64,000 nt of DNA from Alphaproteobacteria bacterium. GTDB taxonomy: Bacteria > Pseudomonadota > Alphaproteobacteria > MPNO01. The stretch is taken from assembly GCA_964291675.2 (NCBI GenBank), contig OZ219866.1, positions 3,136,001 to 3,200,000 on the forward strand, given 5' to 3'. Positions 20,753-28,550 of this stretch are shown in pieces (the stretch's first letter is position 1; each line of letters starts with the position of its first letter). The notes under the pieces were generated by a model that was not told where the DNA came from, made no database searches, and saw only the letters and a list, made by a program, of their open reading frames with translations. The translations under genes and the position numbers were made by a program.

Positions 20753-21883
20753 ATGGCGCAGAAGAAGGCCGTCTTCATCGACCGCAGCGGGTACACGACG
20801 CCCGAGCTCGATCTCTGGGAGCCGGTGGTGATCACCAGGGAGGAGATCGACGGCGAGGTCGAGCGGCTGGCCAGCCTGGCGCGGCCGGCCAACGGCCGGC
20901 GCCACTCGATCGTCGCCCATCCCGACTGGCAGGCGCTCGGCGTCGGTCCCGGCCTGCAGCCCGGGGTGCGCGTCACGCTGGAGGTGCTGAAGCCCGGCGA
21001 GCAGTCGGCGCCGATCCGCCACAACTCGACCCAGGTGAATTTCTGCATCGGCGGCGGCGGGTACTCGATCGTCGACGGCAAGCGCATCCCGTTTGCGCTC
21101 TACGACGTGTGGAACTTCCCGTCGATGGCGACCTACTGGCACGTCAACGATTCCGACGACGTGCAAGTTCGGCTCTCCTACTCCAACGCGCCGCTCTTGG
21201 AGAAGATGAACGTCCACATCGTCGACGAGGAGCCGCCGCCGCCGATCGAGGCGGTCGGCGGCGGCGCGCAAGCCGAGGCCGAGGCGCCGCCCGATGCGCG
21301 CGACGTCAACCCCTACGGCACCTTCCAGCTCACCGGGGACGGCGCCTGGCTGATGCCCTACGAGACGCTGATCAACCCCGAGGCGCTCGATTCGCCCGCG
21401 CTGCACTGGCCGTGGCAGGACGTGAAGCGCGAGCTCGACAAGCTCCAGGCCCTCGGCAAGGAGTATCGCGGCCGGCGGCTCTACCTGCTGTTCAACCCGA
21501 TGACCGGGCGGTTCAACGGCACCACGCCGAGCTTCTTCGCCACCATGACGGTGCGCCCGCCGAAGATCGTCGACCGGCCGCACCGCCATGTCTCGGCGGC
21601 GATCAACTACTATTTCTCGGGCAGCGGCCGGTCCACCGTCGAGGGCAAGGTCTATGAGTGGAAGGCGGGCGATCTGATGCTGTCGGCGCCGGGCTGGGCG
21701 GTGCACAACCACGCCTCCTACGACGAGGCGGTCTACGAGCTGACCGTCCAGGACCAGCCGCTCAACATCGTCATGGAATCGCTCCTCTGGCAGGAGGACC
21801 TCAAGCATCCGTGGTCGGTGCTCGGCGCCAATGTCGGCTTCGAGACCAACAAGGAGCAGGTCAGGGCGGCGCTCGGCGAATAG
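20753..21883 (+). CDS. bicupin ring-cleaving dioxygenase, gentisate 1,2-dioxygenase-like
   Basis: Two cupin repeats: PIRHNSTQVNF...YWHVN and PHRHVSAAINY...HNH; AGGAGGAG RBS. Confidence 0.75.
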   Translation: MAQKKAVFIDRSGYTTPELDLWEPVVITREEIDGEVERLASLARPANGRRHSIVAHPDWQALGVGPGLQPGVRVTLEVLKPGEQSAPIRHNSTQVNFCIGGGGYSIVDGKRIPFALYDVWNFPSMATYWHVNDSDDVQVRLSYSNAPLLEKMNVHIVDEEPPPPIEAVGGGAQAEAEAPPDARDVNPYGTFQLTGDGAWLMPYETLINPEALDSPALHWPWQDVKRELDKLQALGKEYRGRRLYLLFNPMTGRFNGTTPSFFATMTVRPPKIVDRPHRHVSAAINYYFSGSGRSTVEGKVYEWKAGDLMLSAPGWAVHNHASYDEAVYELTVQDQPLNIVMESLLWQEDLKHPWSVLGANVGFETNKEQVRAALGE

Positions 21884-21887
21884 CGCC

Positions 21888-22787
21888 ATGATGGACCTGC
21901 CGGAGGACTTCCTGCGCGGCTCGATACCGCCGCTGATCACCCCGTTCCGCGACGGCGCCGTCGACTACGCGGCCTATGCCGGGATGGTCGAGTTCCAGAT
22001 CCGCGAGGGCTCGCACGGCATCCTGGTCAACGGCACCACGTCGGAGCCCGCGACGCTCACGGTCGCCGAACGCAACCGGGCCGTCGACGTGGCGGTCGAG
22101 GCGGCCGCGGGAAGGGTGCCGGTCGTCGCCGCCACCGGGTCGCAATCCTTCGCCGATGCCGAGGCGCTGACCCTGCATGCCGACAAGGCGGGGGCCGACG
22201 CGCTGCTGATCGTCACCCCCTATTTCATCCGCCCGCCGCAGCGCGGGCTCGCCGCCTACTACCTGGAGCTCGCCACGCGCACCGAACTGCCCTGGATGAT
22301 CTACCACATCCCCGGCCGGGCGGCGGTGAGCGTGACCCTGGAGACGCTGTGCGAGATCGCCGACAAGGCGCCCAACTTCGTCGGCATGAAGCACGCCGTC
22401 GACGATCTCGGCTTCGTCAGCCGCTGCCTCGCCCGGCTCGGCATGGATTTCCGCATCTTCGTCGGGCTGGAGGACCTCAGCTACCCGATGATGGCGGTCG
22501 GCGCCTGCGGGCTGATGAACGCGGTCGGCAATCTGCGCCCGGCGCGGCTGGCGGCGATGTGCGAGGCGGTCTGGGAGGGCGACCTCAAAAAGGCGCGGGA
22601 CATCCACTACGCGCTGTTCGAGATCAACCAGGCGGTGTTCTACGACACCAACCCGATCCCCATCAAATACATGATGAAGCGGGTCGGGCTGATCCCGGAG
22701 AACGCGCACCGCCTGCCGATGGTCCCGGCGCTGCCCGAGCTCGAACGACGCCTCGACGGCGTGCTGGAGCGGGCGGGGATGGTGTAG
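21888..22787 (+). CDS. DapA/NAL-family class I aldolase
   Basis: PPLITPF, NGTTSE, IYHIPGR, Schiff-base GMKHA, TNPIPIK; 4 bp after the cupin gene. Confidence 0.85.
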   Translation: MMDLPEDFLRGSIPPLITPFRDGAVDYAAYAGMVEFQIREGSHGILVNGTTSEPATLTVAERNRAVDVAVEAAAGRVPVVAATGSQSFADAEALTLHADKAGADALLIVTPYFIRPPQRGLAAYYLELATRTELPWMIYHIPGRAAVSVTLETLCEIADKAPNFVGMKHAVDDLGFVSRCLARLGMDFRIFVGLEDLSYPMMAVGACGLMNAVGNLRPARLAAMCEAVWEGDLKKARDIHYALFEINQAVFYDTNPIPIKYMMKRVGLIPENAHRLPMVPALPELERRLDGVLERAGMV

Positions 22788-22796
22788 CGCTCGCGC

Positions 22797-22855
22797 TCAT
22801 CGCCGGCCCTGCGGCTCCATGGCGGCGGCGGATTTCGCCAGACGGACGAGGCCGA
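22797..22855 (-). repeat. orphan copy of the 3' end of the VWA gene (direct repeat of 24257-24315)
   Basis: 54/59 nt identical to 24257-24315 with a 35 bp perfect core (22804-22838); both encode GLVRLAKSAAAMEPQGRR-stop. Confidence 0.95.
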
Positions 22856-23030
22856 GCCGCTCCCCGCCCCGAATGCGCCACAGCCTCGTCGCACCTCGCC
22901 CCCCGCGCCCCTCGACCCGCACCGTCTGCCTGACACGGGTTGACGGTTGCCCGCTCCAATTCAAGCCACCCAACCGAAACCTGTCTGTTCGCGAACCGAT
23001 TTCAACCCTACGGATACCTCCGGAGCAGGG

Positions 23031-24053
23031 TCAATCCATGGGTCGTTCTACCCTACATTCGATGCCCGATCTCCCGTTGCGTGCCGTCCTGCGATGTCCC
23101 AGCAGCACGGCCACGACCAGCAACGGCAGGTTGAAGACCGCCAGGTACACGGCGATGTCGGACGGCAACATCTGTCCGCCGTAGTACAGCGATTCGACAA
23201 CCATGCCAGTCGTACCGACAAACCGAGGAGGAGCTATGGGCAGGAACAGCTCCATCGCCAGCATCACCAGCGCCGCCGTGCTCAACGCGGACACGACACC
23301 GACCGTCCACGCGGCGCGTCGATACCCCAGGCGCCAGAGGAGCCGGCAAGGCAGTGCAATCATCAGACCAGCAGGCGAAAACACGAAGAGCGTCACCGCG
23401 AACATCGGCAGCAACCTGACCCACAATTGAACCTCGCCCATCGGCACGACGCCCAGCGGGGCCAGGAGCAACCGGAGCGCTTCTTGGGGAAGCGTGGCGC
23501 GCAGGGCCGGAAGAAGCTGGATCAGCATGCCCCCGCTTGCCTCTGCCGGAAGCCACAGCAATGCAAGGAGCCAGAAGCCGACACTCAAAGACCTCCGGCG
23601 AGGCGCTTCCGCATGGGTCGCTTCGGGACGCGGAAGCATCGCGATCGCGATCCAGACCAGCCCACCGACGATTGCCGGGTAGACGACAATCCAGACCGGC
23701 AATGTCATCGCGAGGATACTCGGCGCAAACGCCAATGCGCCGATGATCCACTGCAGCGAGCGGATCAACTCGCCGTCCGAGGAAATGATCGCCGCCGTGG
23801 CGGCAAACAGCACAATACCGGCCGACCAGGCCATGCGACGATATCCCAATCGCCAGAGCCACCTGCACAGCAGTGCGCTCGGCAACCCCATCGGGGCGAG
23901 GATCGGGATCGCAAGGAGCAACCAAATCAGGGTCTGCGCAGGACCGACAGGGGGAACCACGGCGTCCATCCGGGGGACGAAGGAGACCAGGCGGTCTCCC
24001 ACTTCGATGGCCGGCACCCACATCAGCGCCAGCGCCCAGAAGCTGGCCGTCAT
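23031..24053 (-). CDS. hypothetical polytopic membrane protein with two internal repeat modules
   Basis: Hydrophobic; FWALALMWVPA/FWLLALLWLPA and LCRWLWRLGYRRMAW/PCRLLWRLGYRRAAW repeats; codon usage unlike neighbours; start uncertain (frame open to 24188). Confidence 0.7.
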   Translation of the reverse strand: MTASFWALALMWVPAIEVGDRLVSFVPRMDAVVPPVGPAQTLIWLLLAIPILAPMGLPSALLCRWLWRLGYRRMAWSAGIVLFAATAAIISSDGELIRSLQWIIGALAFAPSILAMTLPVWIVVYPAIVGGLVWIAIAMLPRPEATHAEAPRRRSLSVGFWLLALLWLPAEASGGMLIQLLPALRATLPQEALRLLLAPLGVVPMGEVQLWVRLLPMFAVTLFVFSPAGLMIALPCRLLWRLGYRRAAWTVGVVSALSTAALVMLAMELFLPIAPPRFVGTTGMVVESLYYGGQMLPSDIAVYLAVFNLPLLVVAVLLGHRRTARNGRSGIECRVERPMD

Positions 24054-24256
24054 GCCGGAAACCCGGCGGTCGGTATGTTGCAGGAATCGGAACCGCACGT
24101 GTGCTTCGAGCCTCAATGTCGATGCCGGCAATCCGGGTGGCAAAGTCTTCTCCCGCTGTTGCGTAGCTGCAACAACCGAAGCCCGCAACCGTTGCGGCAG
24201 GAGCGGATGACCCCATGGTGGATGGCAGGAGGAACGGTCGCTGGGTGGGAAGGCGG

Positions 24257-24315
24257 TTACCGGCGGCCCTGCGGCTCCATGGCGGCGGCGGATTTCGCGA
24301 GCCGGACGAGGCCGA
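24257..24315 (-). repeat. in-gene copy of the direct repeat (3' end of VWA gene)
   Basis: Partner of 22797-22855, offset exactly 1460 bp. Confidence 0.95.
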
Positions 24316-26224
24316 CGAACTCGGCCCGGTAGCCGAACCGGTCCTTGCCCTTGGCCGCTTGAGCGGCGGCGAGGACGTCGTCATAGCCGTAGTCGCCGGT
24401 GTAGCGGCCGCCGCGCAGGATCTGCCCGAACGCGGCGACGGCGGCGGCGAAGCGGAGATCCCGCGGCGCCTCGTCCGCGTTCCCGAACGCATCGGCCGGG
24501 GTGACCTGCCGGGCCATCCTCGCGCTCTTCCCGGCGTCGGGCTTCTTGTAGCGGATGGAGACGGTGGCGAACTCGTTAACCGACCCGCCGCCCGTCCGGG
24601 CCTTCTGCCGGCCGTAGCGCAGCGGCGCGGTCAACTCGCCGCCCGAGCCCGCAAGCGCGACCTCGTAGAGCGCGGTCACCGTGTGGCCGGCGCCGATCTC
24701 GCCGGCGTCCACCTTGTCGTTGCGGAAGTCCTCGCGCGCCAGCATCCGGGTCTCGTAGCCGATCAGCCGGTATTCGGCGATGAGCGCCGGGTTGAACTCG
24801 ACCTGGATCTTGACGTCCCTGGCGATCGGGAAGAGCGTCGATCCCGCCTCCTGAACCAGCACCTTGCGCGCCTCCGACAGGCTGTCGATATAGGCCGCGT
24901 TGCCGTTGCCGCTCTGCGCAAGGCGCTGCATGAGTTCGTCGTTGTAGTTCCCCATGCCGAAGCCGAGGACTGAGAGATAGACGCCGCTGTCCCGCTTGCG
25001 CGCGATATAGCCTTCCAGCTGCTCCGGATCGGCGATGCCGACATTGAAGTCGCCGTCGGTGGCGAGGATCACGCGGTTGATGCCGCCCTCGACGAAATGC
25101 TGCTCGGCGAGGAGATAGGCCTGGCGGATCCCCTCCGCGCCCGCCGTCGACCCGCCCGCATCGAGGCGGTCCAGCGCGGCGGCGATCTTCGCGGGCTCGG
25201 CCGCTTCGGTCGGGGGGAGCACCGTGCCCGCGGCGCCCGCATAGGTGACGATCGCCACCCTATCGTCGGCCGCCAGCGCGCCCAGCAACAGCTTGAACGA
25301 GCTCTTCAGGAGCGGCAGCTTGTCGGGCGCGTCCATCGAGCCCGAGCTGTCGATCAGGAACACCAGGTTGGCGCGCGGGCGAGACTCGCGCTCGGGAACG
25401 TAGCCCTTGATGCCGATATGCATCAGCCGCGTCGCCTCGTTCCACGGCGTCGGCATGAGCGAGGCGTGGACGGCGAACGGCGTCTCGCGGTCCTCCGGCG
25501 GCGCGTAGCCGTAGGGGAAGTAGTTGACCAGCTCTTCCGTGCGCACCGCGTTCGGCGGCGGCAACACGCCCCGGTTGAGCGAGGCGCGCATGAAGCCGTA
25601 GGACGCGGTGTCGACGTCGATCGAGAAGGTGGAGACCGGGTCCTCGGCGGCCCGCTTCACCGGGTTCGCGTCGAAGGATGAGAAACGGTCGCGGTGAGCC
25701 GAGCGGGGCGGCTCCGAGGGACGGTACATCGACAAGGCCCGTCCGGAGTCCTGCAACAGCAAGTGCTGCAGATCCTTCGACAAGGCCTCACGGGATGCCC
25801 CCTCCGTCTGAATCCGCCGCCAACGCTCCTCCATGGCCTTTCTTCCGGCGGCGGCCTGGCGCGATTCCGGCGGCGCCGGGGCCGGTTCCGATGTGCCGGG
25901 GCCCGGTCGGGCAGCGGCCATTTGCTGCTCCTCCGTGCCGGAACCGGGGAGCCAGAGTGTTCGGTATCCGACGACGCCGGCAACCACGAGACAGGCGGTC
26001 AGACCTGCAAGGGCGAGATGGGGACGGGGCATCGGGATCCTCCGCAGCCAGGACGTACCCTGTCCGGGTACACGCCCTATCTGACGGCTCCCGTGTCGAA
26101 ATCCTTGGCGGTGTCGGTCGAAAGCGGCCATCGCCGCCTCCATCGTCCGCTCGCGGTCGCCCGGCGACGGGCGCGGCGGGTTGGCGTGGAGCGCCCTCTG
26201 CAACCTGTCGAAGTCGTCGTTCAC
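24257..26224 (-). CDS. membrane-anchored YfbK-like von Willebrand A protein (vWF_A + VWA + DUF3520-like), candidate anti-sigma factor
   Basis: PVSTFSIDVDTASY, MIDAS DSSGS, ILATDGDFNVG, YRLIGYETR, DAGEIGAGHTVTALYE; one TM near the N-terminus; GTG start overlaps the sigma stop (GTGA). Confidence 0.9.
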   Translation of the reverse strand: MNDDFDRLQRALHANPPRPSPGDRERTMEAAMAAFDRHRQGFRHGSRQIGRVPGQGTSWLRRIPMPRPHLALAGLTACLVVAGVVGYRTLWLPGSGTEEQQMAAARPGPGTSEPAPAPPESRQAAAGRKAMEERWRRIQTEGASREALSKDLQHLLLQDSGRALSMYRPSEPPRSAHRDRFSSFDANPVKRAAEDPVSTFSIDVDTASYGFMRASLNRGVLPPPNAVRTEELVNYFPYGYAPPEDRETPFAVHASLMPTPWNEATRLMHIGIKGYVPERESRPRANLVFLIDSSGSMDAPDKLPLLKSSFKLLLGALAADDRVAIVTYAGAAGTVLPPTEAAEPAKIAAALDRLDAGGSTAGAEGIRQAYLLAEQHFVEGGINRVILATDGDFNVGIADPEQLEGYIARKRDSGVYLSVLGFGMGNYNDELMQRLAQSGNGNAAYIDSLSEARKVLVQEAGSTLFPIARDVKIQVEFNPALIAEYRLIGYETRMLAREDFRNDKVDAGEIGAGHTVTALYEVALAGSGGELTAPLRYGRQKARTGGGSVNEFATVSIRYKKPDAGKSARMARQVTPADAFGNADEAPRDLRFAAAVAAFGQILRGGRYTGDYGYDDVLAAAQAAKGKDRFGYRAEFVGLVRLAKSAAAMEPQGRR

Positions 26225-26766
26225 GGCGTCACCTCGCTGCCGGCCAGCATCGCGCGCAGCCGCTTGCGCGCCTCGTGCATGCGCCACGACACGGTGGATT
26301 CGGAGACGCCCAGCACCTCGGCGGCTTCCGCATGCCGCAACCCCTCCTCGATCACCAGGGTCACGGTCGTTCGCAAATCGGCGCCGAGCATCTCCAGCAC
26401 CTGGCGCAGCCAGACGGCCTCGTCCTCGCGCTCGGCCTGTCCGGCCCGGGTCAGGGTGTCGATCTCGGCGAACGCCTGCTCGTTGCGCCGCCTCGCGCCG
26501 TCGCGCCGCAGGCGGTCGCGCGCGGCGTTGACCACCACCCGGTAGAGCCAGGTGGTGAACCGGCTCTCGCCCCGGTATGAGGCGAGCCGGGCGGCCAGGC
26601 CGACGCACACATCCTGCGCCAGGTCGGCCGCATCGTCCGCGTCGCCCAGCACCCGCGCGCCCACCCGGTATATCCGTTCGTAGTGACGCTCGATGAGCGC
26701 CGCAAAGGCGTCGCGGTCACCGGCCGCGGCTCGTCCGGCCAGCGCGCCGTCGGTCTCCCCGTTCAT
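26221..26766 (-). CDS. ECF RNA polymerase sigma factor
   Basis: GDRDAFAALIERHY, DLAQD, FTTWLYRVVVNAARD (region 2); EAAEVLGVSESTVSWRMHEARKRL (region 4). Confidence 0.95.
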   Translation of the reverse strand: MNGETDGALAGRAAAGDRDAFAALIERHYERIYRVGARVLGDADDAADLAQDVCVGLAARLASYRGESRFTTWLYRVVVNAARDRLRRDGARRRNEQAFAEIDTLTRAGQAEREDEAVWLRQVLEMLGADLRTTVTLVIEEGLRHAEAAEVLGVSESTVSWRMHEARKRLRAMLAGSEVTP

Positions 26767-26893
26767 CTGGGCACAAGTGTCCAACGCGGTCCCACCCTAT
26801 GGAGTTTGACGCATCCCGGCGGCGAAATCCTTGGCCGGCTTGGCGGCGCGGTGCTACGGTCGCGTCATCCGACGGCGGGACGGGAGACGGCGC

Positions 26894-27694
26894 GTGCAAG
26901 TCACCCTGCTGGGCACCGGGCTGCCCTTCCCCAATCCGAAGCGGCGCGGCCCGGGCTACGCGGTGCGGGCCGGGTCGAACGGCTTCCTGGTCGATTGCGG
27001 CTCCGGCGTGGTGGTGCGGCTGGTCGAGGCGGGGGTACCGCTCGACAGCATCGAGCACGTCTTCATCACCCACCTGCATTCCGACCACTACATCGATCTC
27101 GGGCATTTCATCATCTGCCGCTGGATCCTGGGCGGCGACGCGCCGTGGCACATCTACGGGCCGCCCGGGCTTCGGCCGATGGTCGACCAGCTGCTCGAGA
27201 TGCACCGCCCGGACCTCGAAAGGCGCATGAAGATCCGCACCGCGCGGCGGGAAATGCCCAATATCGTGGTGCACGAGATCGACCAGGGCCTCGCGGCCGA
27301 AATCGACGGGATCGAGGTCACCGCCTTCGATGTCGACCACTTCCCGCTGGAACAGCCCTTCGGCTACCGCTTCGAATCGAAGGACCGGCGGATCGTTCTG
27401 TCCGGCGACACCTGCCCCTGCGAGAATCTGATCCGGCACGCGCACCGGGCGGATATCCTGATCCACGAATGCATGCAGTACGAGAAGTGGCGGGCGCCCG
27501 AGATCGACAAGAGCCACACCGCGCACGCCCACACCTCGCCCGAACGGCTCTCGCTGGTCGCCCGGGACGCCGAGGTGAACATGCTGGTCACCACCCACAT
27601 GATGCCCGACGCGGTGCCCCGCGAGCTCAGCGAGATCATCCGCCGCGACTACCGGGGACCGCTCGCCATCGGCGAGGATCTGATGACGCTGTAG
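26894..27694 (+). CDS. MBL-fold metallohydrolase, RNase Z/arylsulfatase AtsA-like
   Basis: VTLLGTG, LVDCGSG, THLHSDH, SGDT, LIHEC, HTSPE, TH motifs. Confidence 0.9.
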   Translation: MQVTLLGTGLPFPNPKRRGPGYAVRAGSNGFLVDCGSGVVVRLVEAGVPLDSIEHVFITHLHSDHYIDLGHFIICRWILGGDAPWHIYGPPGLRPMVDQLLEMHRPDLERRMKIRTARREMPNIVVHEIDQGLAAEIDGIEVTAFDVDHFPLEQPFGYRFESKDRRIVLSGDTCPCENLIRHAHRADILIHECMQYEKWRAPEIDKSHTAHAHTSPERLSLVARDAEVNMLVTTHMMPDAVPRELSEIIRRDYRGPLAIGEDLMTL

Positions 27695-27705
27695 GGGAAC
27701 CTCGC

Positions 27706-28548
27706 CTACAGCCCGAGGACGGTCTCGGCGTTGCCGTGGAAGAATTTTTCTAGGAACGCGTCGCTGTAGCCGACCTTGCCCCATTCCTCGAACAGCCGCC
27801 CGTAGGGCATCGAGGGGTAGTCGCTGCCGAACATCACCTTGTCCTTCAGGCGCGAGCGCATGTCGCGCAGCAGCGACTCGGGGATGTATTTGGGCGCCCA
27901 GCCGGACATCTCCCAGAACACGTTGCCCTTGTGCAGCGCGACCGCCGTCATCTCCTCGATCCACGGCCAGCCGGGATGGGCGGCGACGATGGTGAGCGCC
28001 GGGAAATCCGCGGCGAGGTCGTCGATCGCCGACGGGTGGGCGTGGCGGATCCGGGCGCCGAGACCGCCCGGCATGCCGGCCCCCATGCCGGTGGTGCCGA
28101 CATCGATCATCACCGGCACGCCGAGCGCCGCGATCGCTTCCCATAGCGGGTAGAAGCGGCGCTCGTTGACCGCGAAGTGGCCCATGATGGGGTGGAAGTG
28201 GAAGCCCAGCAGGCCGAGATCGTTGACGGCGTGCTCGGCTTCCGCGATGGCGGCCTCGCCCTTCAGCGGGTCCACCGCCCCCCAGGCCTGGATGATGCGC
28301 TCGGGGTGGCGCTTCCACATGCCGGCGACGTAGTCGTTCGAGCACGGCGGCGTGCCCACCGTGGCTTCGAGGTCGAGCGCCACCAGCACCGCCTCCACCC
28401 CCGCCTCGGCGAAATCCCGGACCACCTCGTCCTCTTCTTTGGCCGACCACTCGCGCTTCCAGTACTCGGCGAGCGCCTTCACATAGGGCCCCTGGCAGTC
28501 GATCCAGGGCTGGGTGTTGGGATAGCAGTGCAGGTCGACAATGCGCAT
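27706..28548 (-). CDS. amidohydrolase-2 family protein
   Basis: IVDLHC, GFHFHP, IVAAHPGWPW, EMSGWAPKY, MFGSDYP. Confidence 0.9.
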   Translation of the reverse strand: MRIVDLHCYPNTQPWIDCQGPYVKALAEYWKREWSAKEEDEVVRDFAEAGVEAVLVALDLEATVGTPPCSNDYVAGMWKRHPERIIQAWGAVDPLKGEAAIAEAEHAVNDLGLLGFHFHPIMGHFAVNERRFYPLWEAIAALGVPVMIDVGTTGMGAGMPGGLGARIRHAHPSAIDDLAADFPALTIVAAHPGWPWIEEMTAVALHKGNVFWEMSGWAPKYIPESLLRDMRSRLKDKVMFGSDYPSMPYGRLFEEWGKVGYSDAFLEKFFHGNAETVLGL

Positions 28549-28550
28549 GG

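Noticed and set aside
22797-24315. Repeat pair as template and variable repeats of a diversity-generating retroelement
   Set aside because: The differences are silent and not confined to adenines, and no reverse transcriptase is present in the window.
24257-26608. Over-extended ORF-track starts suggesting fusions (also 41769-44804, 47369-49255, 53257-55188, 57237-59483)
   Set aside because: Family homology begins at internal starts with an RBS or stop/start overlap; the extensions are low-complexity alternative-frame read-through.
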